DNA from: Octopus vulgaris
Lineage: Eukaryota
Direction: 5' to 3'
NCBI GenBank assembly: GCA_951406725.2
Contig: OX597814.1
Location: 92,814,001 to 92,878,000, forward strand
Length of the DNA stretch: 64,000 bases
This document shows, piece after piece, positions 12,601 through 25,200 of this stretch. The notes under the pieces are model-generated. The model was not told the DNA's origin, did no database searches, and saw nothing but the letters and a program-made list of their open reading frames with translations. The stretch's first letter is position 1; each line of letters begins with the position of its first letter. The position numbers were made by a program, and so were the translations under genes.

Positions 12601-15600
12601 TCTCGAGATTCTTCCCCCCATCAATCACCTGTACATTGTTCGTCACATCCCATCTCCACTTCTCAGTGTTGTACACCTTCAACCAGTCACAACTGTGTAG
12701 CCCCATCTCAGCAGGATTGCGCCTCCAATGTTGCCGGTAGCAGTTCTGGTTCAGTTCCAAGACAGAGTGGGAAGAAAAATAGTCTTCTACGTAGTAAAGA
12801 AAATTCTAGCAGCAGTCAGAAATCATGTGAAATCAATGATAAGAAAAGTCAAGACGGTGAGTCATCTTCTGAAGATGGGCAGAGAATTGAACCTGGGGAC
12901 AGCAGTTCAAACAGACATGTGCCTAACCAACTGGCTATAGGTAATAATCACAGTTATCTGACAGAGCAGAACAACTTGTACTCAGCTGTTAAGGCTGGTC
13001 CCTCAGGACTTAATCATACTTGTTGTTGTACTTCTGTCATTGCAAACAAACGGGTCAACCATCATTTTGGTAAGCATTTCATTTTTGTTATTTTGTTGTT
13101 TTTTTTTGTTTTTTGTTTTTTTCTTCTTTTTGTTTAAGAAAGCCCTTTCTGAAACCATATTTCTTACTTGAATATCTCCTGCTTTTGCATTTCTAGAATT
13201 CTTTTAATTCAAGAATTTAAAACATTACTAACTTTATTTATTTATTGAGTCTCACAGAGACGATAGGTGGTGACTAAGACTTTTGGTGGTTTGCTATGCT
13301 TGAGAAGACATTTTGAGCTAAGTGAAATCGTATTCATGGCTAGTGGCATGTAAATGGCACTTATGACATGTAAACAGTACCTGTACTGGTGACACATAAA
13401 AGGCATCCAGTACACTCTGTGGAGAGGTTGGCTTTATGAAGGGCACCCAACCATAGAAACCAAACCATGGTTTGACTATAACTGGTAAGCTGGAGAGCTC
13501 TCTGGCTACCAGTTCTAGTCAAACCATCTAACCTATGCCACCATAGGAAACGGATACTAAATGATGATGATATTAGATGCAGGCATGGTTGTGCCATTAA
13601 GAAGTTTGATTCAAAACCATGTGCTTTTAGATTCCATTCATTGCTTGGCACCTTGAGCAAGTAACTTCCATTATAGCTTTGGGCTATTTGCTGCTGAGTG
13701 TGCTGTGAATGATAAAATTCACCATAAGCAACAACAACTCTAAGACAGATCAGCCTCGTATCTGGAGAAAAAAAATCTTTCATTTGTTTAATGTTATAGA
13801 TACTAGAGCTGAGCACTAACATAATGGATCATTATGATTTTAGATTACCTGTTCTTTTCCCTTATTCTTTAACATTTCTCATCACACAATTGTTTTAGTG
13901 TAGCTTAATTGTGGTAAATATGCATTCAATCTTTACTAAAGTCATTTCATTGTATTAATGAACAGAATACTTACATTATCCTGCTTATCTCAAATCATCT
14001 CATATACAGTTTATTTGATGGTTGAGTGGTTAGCAGTAGGAAGACATAGTAGTGTGTAAATTTATACTAAAGAAAAACCGAATCCTCTTAAAACTTTTTA
14101 TGAAAGCATTAGAGCAAAAACAGGTTAAAGCTTTTATTGAATTCATGATCTCTACCCATACAAAACTGTTTTTTTTTCTATGTTGTCTGAATAGTGGTTT
14201 TCAACAACAGTTCAAGACCACAAAGTGTGAAGAGAATTTTATTTATTTCTTGCACTTGTGTGTATTTTATCAATTTGTTTGGGTGAAAGGCGGTGAGATA
14301 TGAACTCAGACTAAACAGACAGAGCTCTAAATACAACAAAACTTCTAATTTGGTACTTCACTGCCTCTTGCATTTTGGTATTTGTAATGTTGTCTAAATA
14401 CTAAATTTTATTAACTGCTTTAAAATATGTTTTGTATGTATTTTATTATGCAATATAAATTTTATCTGAGAATATTTTGTATATTGACATATTTAAAATG
14501 AAAAAAAAAATGATTATTTAAAAAACAGGTACTCCTAAAAGAATAGAGGCTAGCTAAATACTGTTGCCTCTTTCTCTGGTGTAATTCATCCTCATTCTCT
14601 AGCGTAACACTACCGATGTCTCTCACATAAGATACTTTTGTCTCTACCATAAAACTTTTTCTCTCTCTCTCTCTTGCATAACACTGCCTCTTTCTCTAGT
14701 ATAATACTGCCTCTCTTTCTCACAAACTGTTGCCTCTATCTCTGATATGACACTACTTTCTCTCTTGCAAAGCCCTGCCCCTGTCTCTGACATCACATTT
14801 CTCTGTATATATAACACTGATGTATTTATTTTCTTCATAAAAAAAAAGGATATTATTGAAACAGTTTTGTTGGTAAATTCCACTAGTCAAACGATTATTT
14901 AATTAGAATTTTTGAACCTCATTTCAGGTCATAAAAACACCAAAGTGACAAAGTGTTCTGCAGAGAAGACTAGTAAGCATACCACGAAATCTGACCTGCA
15001 CTCCAAAGGAGCATACACCTGCTACAATCCTTCAGTTCGTGTTATCTCCACAGATACATCATCTGCTCAGCCCTCAACAAGTGGCTTGAATATTTGCAAG
15101 TCTGATTTTGTAAACAACGCTAGCATTCCATCTGTTGCAAATGGATCCTCAGCCTCAAAACAATGCACCCACAGTGGTGGCAGCAGCAGCAGCAGTAGTA
15201 ATAGTAGTAGTAGTAGCAAGGGGAAAGATGGAATAGGTGGTCATTGTAGTAGTAGTAGTAGTAGTAGTAGTAATGAAAACAATAGCATTGGTGATGATTG
15301 TTGTAGTACTAGTCGTAGTAATGTTCGAAATTGTTGTAATAATGTAAGTGATGTTAGGAGTCACAACAGTGCCAATCAGTGGTTACAAGAGAAACACAAG
15401 AAAAACTTAATGAATATGGCTCAGAGGAAAAGGATGAGGGAGCTGGACGATTGCTGTCCTTCATCAGCAGGAGGAGAAACGGAAGGAGAATGTGCCAAGT
15501 CGCGTTCATCTAACAAAGCCTTTTCAGAAAAATTGTCAGCCTCCTCTGCAATTTCTGGAGGAGAGTGCAGCTCAAGCACTACCACCAGCCACATGCACAG

Positions 15601-18600
15601 GTGTAACGAATCCTCATCCGGTAAGAAATATCTTCACAAGTTCCTTTACAAAAAGGACAAACATTCGGCAAATGCAAAATCCTCTGAAAGTTGTTCTCCT
15701 GTCTCTGAACCTCAGCCTTCTACATCATCATCGACATCTTCAGACACGGTGTTCGATGTGGCGCCACCAACCTGTGATAAATCAGCTGATGTCCCGCCAG
15801 CAATAGGGGATAATATGCAATCTTCTGCTGATACCGATGCCTTAGTCAGCGGAAACCATAGCGACAGTAGTAAGTGCTGTACATTCAATGAAAACAACCT
15901 GCCTTCAAGTTCTTGCATCTCTCACTCTGCTGAAGCACACTTGGAAGTAAAATGTGAGGGAAATAGAATTCCGACCGTGTCAACAATGTCACCGAAAGGG
16001 AAGTGCCTTCGGAGTGGTTTCAGAACAGTCCTGAAGAGCAGTGCCAAGATAACAACTAAGTCCAAAAAAGGCTGTGATAGTTCACCCTTACCATTGCTTT
16101 CATCTTCATTACCTTCCTCTTCCTCCTCTACTTCTTCCTCATCATCATCACCATCATCGTCATCATCATCGTCGTCATCATTTTCTGGCAGTGGTCCTGT
16201 CAAAATGAACCAGTCTTGCCAAGCTGTCAGTGAAGAAATTCGAGAGACTACAAAGAAAGCAAAAGAAAATGAGGATGCCACTAAGTCAGCCTCACATTCA
16301 GCTGAGAATGCCAGTGGAAGTGAGAGATCATCATCATCAGCAGCAGCAGCAACTAATAGCAACAATTCTCAAAATACCGGTAGTAGCAGCAGAAGCAGTA
16401 GTTCTGTTCGTGCTGCATCATCATCGTCGTCGTCGTCATCCACTTCAAATTCAGTGCAGTCGGGATGGACTGCTAGATCAGGTCCGAAGTACAGCTATAC
16501 GCGTAAGTCAGTCAAACGTAAAATGAACACCTGTGACCAAGCTACCAGCACCAGTGATCCTGTACAGGAAGAAGATCATATTCAGGTGAGCCATCACTAA
16601 ATACAAATGGTTGTTGTTTAGCTCCGTGTGTTTCCTGGTTGAGCAGGTATATGACTAGATATTCTACTCATGACCCTTCCATCTTTTATTCTGACATAGT
16701 ACATCCCAGCCCACTTCATTTGATGTCTCCATCACCATTTGAAATGTGATTTGGTTGCTAGTTCTGGTTGGAGGAATGACCACCTCGCATTGACATGATC
16801 ATTAGATATGACCCATTTGTGCCTAGTAACATGGTAGAGAAGAAAACATGGGGAATTTCATAAGCCATTTGATCTGTCGAAGGATGCATTACTTAAGTCT
16901 AGGTCTTTATATAATACTAGCACTATGACCCTGCAACGCCGGGTCATAGTGCTAGTGCATGCATATACAGCTGCGTGCGTGCACACATACACGCGAGTAC
17001 TGTCCAAATCTCCGACCAATCACATACAGCTAGCTGGTATTCAATTGGCGTAATTTTGATTGGGTTTTGGATAGAAAATTCACAAAAAAGTCTCTTCTAT
17101 TGATTTTTTTAATGGCTTTGTGGGGGTGACTGGGGAAATGTAAAGATGTGCACGACTTTGAATGACCAAAGAAAGTGCGAGCTCTCTAACTGAAAAATTG
17201 TGGATTTGTATAAAGGACACACATGCAGACATTTTGCCATTTATATATAGAGAGATATTTAAAACAAGACAACATGGTGTGGCCCTGCTTTTTCTAAGGT
17301 TACACTGAATTCAGTGTTATTAGTTAACGAAGCACTTGTCAGTTTTGTTGTATTGATACAACTGATAGCTACAAGATATTCTTATTGTGTAGTACCTATT
17401 TAAAGTTGGAAAGACTGGAATTTTAAACTTCAACAGTGTTGGATACAAACCAGTGCTAAAAACAGGATATGATTTACCAACTTCTCAGTAGAAAATTCAG
17501 TTTTTTTGGACCTAGTTATTTACTTAGCATAAGGAAACATTAGTCTACTGCTCAACTTTAACCTTAAGTAAATGTGAAAGAAATCTCTTCCTAAGATAAT
17601 TCAGTACCCTGTCAGAGACAGACTTTCATCCAGAAGTTGTAATCACTAAAACCAAACAAGTTGTTATCAGTAAAACAATATTGATACATTTGATAAGAAC
17701 TTACCACTTACAAATTGAGAGTCTACCACTATATTAGTGTTTTACCTTTACCTTCGATAGTACCAATCATTCTAACCATTTCAACAAAGCATTTTCTATA
17801 TTGTTGATACATACCCTGCAAGGTGAAAACTGGGAGAGTTCTAATTTCAGTTCTCACTGGCAGAGTTTGCAGTTTGTTTGTGAAAGGGTAGTAATAGGTT
17901 ATTGATAAAATATGGTAAATGACTGAAACAAGTAAAATAAAAGAAAAAGAATAAAAACAATTTATTGGGGAAAGAGTTTATTAACCATATCCTTCACATT
18001 TCACACAAAAAAGGACTTGTGTCTGAGAAAGAAAATCATATAATATATCTTTGCCATTATATTAGTCTCTTTTTCATAGCTTGTAAAATATAAAATGGTG
18101 CTCTCAAAATGTGATATGATTGCTTTTATTTTCTGATATTTTTCCATAGGTACTTGGAGTTCAGTCCAAGACTCTGACAACCCTGACATTGCATATGGTT
18201 GGAATAACAAATCTCTGCCTTCTTGACTGTCCAAATCTGGCTACCGTCTCATGTAAGTTTAGAGCTAAATTACACTTATCTTGTATACATTAATACTGGT
18301 GTATATAAAAGAATGGTGTTTGAATGGTGTTCTCACCTTGTTATTGTCTTAACTCTGTAGCATTTAAACTGGCCAGATTCAGCATCTCACACCTACCCTA
18401 CAATGTCAATTTTAAAATATACAATTACATCATTGAAATCTCAAAGCTATGAGATAATACATGATCAATTATATGAAATGTGAATATATAGGCATTACAT
18501 GTGACAGTAATCTGAACACTAAAGAGTTAATGTTTTAAAATTGTGTCCTCTGCATATTGGTGTTTCAAATTTTGGCACAAGGCCAGCAATTAAGTCAATT

Positions 18601-19243
18601 AGATCAACTCCAATGCTCAATTGGTGCTTATTTTATCGACCCTGAAAAGATGAAAGGCAAAGTCGACCTCAGTGGAATTTTATCTTAGGATGTAAAGATG
18701 GACAAAATGTTGCTGTTTTGTCCGACATGCTAATGATTCTGCCACCAACTCGCCACCTTCCTCAGCATTATAATATAGCAAACTTAAATGCTGTTTTAGA
18801 AATGTCCCTGAACATATGGAAGATTTTACCCAGTAGATGTTATCTATTTACACTAACTGTGTTTACCAACACAGTGGTCTTTCCATCACACAAACAGTGT
18901 TGTCTTTAATGGCCATCTGTTGTTGCACACTTACAAAATCATACTCAGTGGTTATTTTGTAAAGGAAAAGTGGCTACCCTGCTACAAACGAGATTCAAAT
19001 TAATAATACCTGTTAACAGTGGGAGTACTTTCAGCAAAGGAAAACATGGGATATAGTGATGAAGCCTCACAGATGAGATGATGCAGAACCAAAAAGACAA
19101 GTAAAATGCTAAACAATAAACCCTGCCAACCTATGCCAACAAGGAAAAGAAACTGTTGAAAATGATGTTGCTGATAGTTTATAATTACAGTTTATTTCTC
19201 TACAATGACTTAATGTGACAAATACAAATATCCTGTGTGGCTA

Positions 19244-19280
<37 letters not shown>

Positions 19281-22200
19281 GGTGTTAGGAAGGGCATCCA
19301 GCTGTAGAAACACTGCCAGATCAGACTGGGCCTGGCGCAGCCTCCTGGCTTCCCAGACCCCAGTTGAACCATCCAACCCATGCTAGCATGGAAAGCAGAC
19401 GTTAAACAATGATGATGATTTATATATATCAATATCATCATCATCGTTGTTGTTGTCGTCATTGTTTAACATCCACTTTCCATGCTGGTATGGGTTGGAT
19501 AGTTTGACTGAGAACTGACAAGCTGGGAGGCCAGTTGATTAGATCAACCCCAGTACACAACTGGTACTTAATTTATTGACCCTGAAAGGATGAAAGGCAA
19601 AGTTGACCTTGGCAGAATTTGAACTCAGAACATTAAGACAGACTAAGCATTTCACCCAGCATGCTAATGTTTCTGCCAGCTTGCTGCCTTTTTAATACAA
19701 TCTTTCTACTTATTTGTCATCATCATTTAGCATCTGCTTTCCATTCTAGCATGGATTAGACAGCTTCACTGAAACTGGTAAGCTAGAGAGCTGCACCAGA
19801 TTCCATACTTATTAATATAATTTTTTTGTTTATCTTTTAGGTAGTGCATGTCGTGTGTTGAAGAAGATCTCCATTGGGAAGTGTCCCAAGTTGTCCAGGA
19901 TATCTTTTGCACAGTGCAAAAAACTGTTGGAAGACCAGGTTATCAAAGAGCTTTCTCCATTGCCTTCTGATATATCACGAGTTTTGTTTCTCAGACCAAT
20001 GCATCAGGTAAGATTAATATATTGGTTATCGGCAGGTATTTTATTATCATTTTTATTTTATTTATATTACATTTTGTAGTCTTACAAATTATTATATGAC
20101 TGCCTCACTAGTATTGGTGGTATGAATTAAGTATCCAGTACACACTGTAAAGTGGTTAGTATTATGGAGGGCATCCAGCTACAGGAACTACACCAAAGAA
20201 GGCACTGGAGCACAAGGCAGTCTTTGGCCCTATCAATTCCTGTCAAATGCTCAAGTGACACCCATAGATCCCTCAAAGATAGATGAGTGATATTTGTCAC
20301 TGTCTTGTGTGATTCTGTACTATATTTCATAATGTGCAGTAGTTGTATTGCATGCAGTATGGTAGTAATGGTGTGTTGTGTCCACTTTTTGGTCTTTTGC
20401 CAGTTTAACCCTTTAGCATTTAAACTGACCAATATCAGGCCCAAATATTCTTCTTGTTTTATGCTCAAACCAGCTAGATCTGGATTCTCACACCTATCCT
20501 GCTATGTCATTCTAAAAATAAACAATCACATCATCAAAATCTTTAAGTTACAAGATTGTGCATAATAAATTTAAAACCCTATGAGTGAATAGCTATTACA
20601 TTTGCCATAAAAATCTGAATGCTAACGGGTTATATATGAGTCAAAACTGTATAAGTTTTTATAATAAAAAAAAGGGCAATATGGGTGTAATCATAATGGT
20701 GTTTTTCTTTCATTTATTGCTAATCAAATATAGGAAATTATGTAAATTGGTTTTTGCTTATGAAAACTTTTGAAGTTAATTTTCTTTTTTGTGTACTAAC
20801 TCTGTCATTAAGTCCAGTTGGTTTATGTAGCAAGGAAAAGTGGATGTTAAATGATGATTCACTAACAGTATGAAAGCCTGGATTTATGACCCTGTTCTTA
20901 ATGAATGGTTGCTCAATACCTAACCAGATCATGCAAATGGAGTAATATTTAGTTACATTCCAAGTTCAAAACTTGCCATAGTCAACTTTGCCCTACATCC
21001 TTTGGGGTTGATAAAATTGAATGATTGTAATATATTGGGTTAATTTAATCAAATCCACACATCTACTAACACTTGTGGTCTTTTGCTAAAATTAGAAATC
21101 ATTAATTTTATATGTTGGAGTTAAAGAGATTGAGGTATTAGTTTATACCAGTAACATTCATAGTACTTGTTTTGACTAAGCAGATTGTTTGATGTTATGT
21201 AATGTAATTGTCATCAGTAGTGCTGTCTCTCTGCAAGAGATGGAATTTTGGTTTCCACCAAACCTTAGTCACTGTTTATGCTCTTAACACTAGCTTAATG
21301 ATAACTAAGTTATTTTACTAAATTCCTTGTTATATTTTTAAAAAATAGAAAGAAACAGAGCATCTCAAAATAAATATGGTAACGAAATGGTTAAGTCCTG
21401 TAGTGGCCTATATTCAGTGGATGCTGGGATTCTACTTCAAATTAGTGCTATGTCATATAAAAACATTTTAGCTGTTAATTTATATAATATGCACACTATA
21501 TTACATGAAAAGATAGTGTTTTCCTTGGCATTCCTACTGTCTTACTTCATGCATATAAAATACTTTAGCTGTTGATTTATATATGTACACTGTATTGTAT
21601 GGAAAAATGGTGCTTGCCTTTCCAAACACTTTTTATCTTTAAAGACTATAAAGCAGTTTTTTTTGCATTATCAGCTACAGATTCCCATGACATCATTGTT
21701 TGGTCAGGAAGATCATTCTAGTGGCTACCACTGTCTGGTTAAAGACCATTGCAAGCAGCCTTCTATGATGGTGCTGAATAGAAAACGTGCAGAGATTTTG
21801 GTAGATTTACTTCCTAATATTAACAGGTAATTGAACAGCTGTTTACTTGTTTGTTTTTTTGTTCCCTTTTGCACAAATTTCATTTGACTTTGATATCAAG
21901 ATACATACATATTCCCATTCGTTTATCATTTGACTAGTAAAAGCAATGAAAAACCTTCTTTAATTTCCTTTAACTATAAATTGTGTCACTTCCATGATTT
22001 TGAGTGTTCAAGATGAACATGCTGCTTATGGATATACAGTGGTGTCTTGACATCAAGATTTCCATTTCACTATTTTCTGGGGTAGTTTAAACTAGTGTAG
22101 AGCATAGTGTTTGACTACATAAGCTGCTGGAATGAATGACAATAAATAGCCAGTTCAGTCACCTTAGGAATTTTACCTCAGATTTTGTTACAGTTTATTC

Positions 22201-25200
22201 TCTATCATCATCATCATCATCATTTAACGTCCGTTTTCCATGCTAGCATTTTTCAAGGGTAATGATCGAAACAGACCGGTAGTCCTAAATGTCAGTTCTG
22301 TCAGAATCATGAGCATACTGGACAAAATGCTTAACAGCATTTCATCTGGCTTTATGTTCTGAGTTCAAATTCTGCCTAGGTCGACTTTGCTTTTCATCTT
22401 CTCAGGGTCAGTAAAACACATGCTATTTGAACACTAGGGTCAATGTAATCGACAGCCCCACTCACCTAATCTAAAGACTGATTTAAAGCACACATGGCAG
22501 TGCTATGTAAAAGTACTTGTGGTGCCACATAAAAGCACCCTAAAGTAGTTGGTGTTAGGAAGGGCATCTAGCTATAGAAACCTTGCCAAATCAGACTAGA
22601 GTCTGGTGTAGCTCCCCACCTTGCCAGCTCTGGTCAAACCATCCAACCGATGCCAGCATAGGCAACGGACATTAAATGATGATCTGATATGATTATCCCT
22701 ATTGTTAAAAAAGAATTATTATTAGTGAAATATGTCATGCTTTATATAATTTTCTGTTTTTTCTTAGCTGCCTGAGAGAGATTTTAAAATCTCATGAAAA
22801 TGTAGTGGTTCCATTGGAAGAAAAATGTCCAAGATCTATTCACAATTTTGAGGGTAAGAAAACTTTTTACTGTTTGTTACACTATTATAAAAAATTTAAA
22901 AAAACACTTCCTAATAGAAAGCATTTTCCATGTGGTGATTTGCCAAGACAAACTAAGTAAAATTGCTGCCTTCCACACATACAGGCTTGTCCTTTCAGGT
23001 GCCGGTGCCACTTAAAAATGCCCCGTGCTGGTGCTGCATAAACGCGCCCATGCTAGTGGCACATAAAAAGCACTCTGCACACTGTTAAGTGGTTGGCGTT
23101 AGGAAGGGCATCCAGCTATAGGAACCATATCTTTTCGACAAATATAGGTTGTATGTTAAATATTTCACTGCCATTTAAATTGTTTTATAAAAATTTTGCT
23201 TACTGCTATTCAGCCGAAAATAAATCATTCTGTTTGTATCAATTAAACATTGAAACTTCTATCTTATCTCATTTGTTGCTGGCTTCAAACTAATGAGATG
23301 CAGTGAGATTATCATAGGATGTAAAGTATGATATATAACTGACCACTTGTTTGTTTTTGTGTTTTGCTTTAATTTTCTTTTTGAATGGTATTATATTAAC
23401 ACTTTAGCATTCAGATTTTCATGTTAAATGTAATGCTTATTTATTCATGTTGTTTTGAGTTAATCATGCATTATCTTTTAGCTTTGAACTTTTGATGATG
23501 TGGTTGTTTATTTTTAGGATGACATTGTAAGGCAGGTGTGAGAAGATGGATTTGATAAGTTTGAACATAAAACAAGGAGATAATTTGAGCTGGACATGGC
23601 CAGTTTAAATGCTAAGGGGTTAAATAATTATTATTAGTATGCATTGTTCTTTTAAAAATAATAATAACTCTGGAGAGCAGTTTTGTAAAAACCAATGTTT
23701 GTAATTCATTTTACATTGCTGTGCAGCACCCAAACAATAACTTTGTGTTTATAAGATGCAAGTTGATTTTGTGGGGTATTTCTATATGTGTGTTAGCCTT
23801 ATAAGATATCAATAGAGTAGCATTTTTATGCTAATATATATTTATCTCTTTAACATCTGTTTTATAGCTTCTACATCATAACAATACTTGATATCTAAAT
23901 TTAGGAAATTATTAATTTACTCATTAAATTTACATATTTTACAGAAATCAATGAAGATGGAAGTGTATTAGAAGTAAAAACAGACATTCCATGGTTGAAG
24001 TTCTTTTTGCAAAATTATTCTGACCAAAAGGAAAAGGGTACATATCTAATTTCTATTTCATCATGCTTCATCTAATGTGTTTTGTTCATTTATTACCTCC
24101 GCCTTAGCAAAGGCAGAGGTATTGTTTTCAGTCATGTCTGTTTGTCTGTGGATAAGATATCTCAAGAACCACTGGATGGATTCTTGAGATCCAGCAAGCT
24201 GGCAGAATCGTTAGCACACTTTGCTATTAAGCAAAGTGCTTAACAGCATTTCATCCGTCTTTACATTCTGAGTTCAAATTCTGCTGGGGTCGACTTTGCC
24301 TTTCATCTTTCCAGGGTGGATAAATTAAGTGCCAGTTGAGTACTGGGGTCGATGTAATTGGCTTACCTTCTCCCTGAAAATTTCAGGCCTTGTGCCTATT
24401 GTAAAAAGGATTATTATTATGAACTATATATCTAACTTTACACAGCTTTTTTATAACAAGTATGTTTTAGTCTTCTTAATTTTGGACAGCATTAGACATA
24501 TTTATTGTTTAATTTTTTGAATAAAGAAAAATACTGAACTACTTGATTGTGTTATAGAAATGTGGTGAAATATCTCATTATCAAACACAAAATACTTGAA
24601 CAAACTGAAGTTAGAAATGAATTTATCATTAAGCACAATGGCTATAAGTTTAAAGTACTGGGCAACTGACTAATATGATTATAAGTTCATGGTGTTGAGC
24701 TACCAAACAATGTTCATGTTTGTTCTTGTGGTGGCTCTAATTGCTGTAGTTATGTTTGCTCAAGTTGTTTGCATTGCCCTAGTGCAGTGTTAATTACATA
24801 GAAGATTATTGTAAAAATTGTTGACCAAACTTGGATATGATCCACAAATCTATAGCTGCAAATAAACCTATTCTCTATTAGGTTTGCACAAACTGCACTG
24901 ATTGTTGTTGCTTTTATTTAGCTTCTGGTCAGCTCATTGATCTAAAGTGTTCCAGCCACAGTTATCCTGTCTTTTATTGAGACACAATGCCTCTAGGACT
25001 ACATTATCCAGTGTAACTTTCTTTTTTTTTTAAAACAGTAGAATGTGATTGAAAAAAATTTGGTTACTATTTCTAGCAGATCAAGTGACTATATAAAGGA
25101 TCTTGTGCTTGCTACAATTAATTTTATCTGGCAAAGTGTTCCTCTCTAGGCATGTTACACTCTCTCCATTGTCCAGTCTATTTCTGTGTGTCTTGAGATC

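Noticed and set aside
12125-16526. Alternative-frame and antisense ORFs over the FBXO38 low-complexity exons (poly-Q, poly-D, poly-H)
   Set aside because: Explained by trinucleotide repeats in the true frame.
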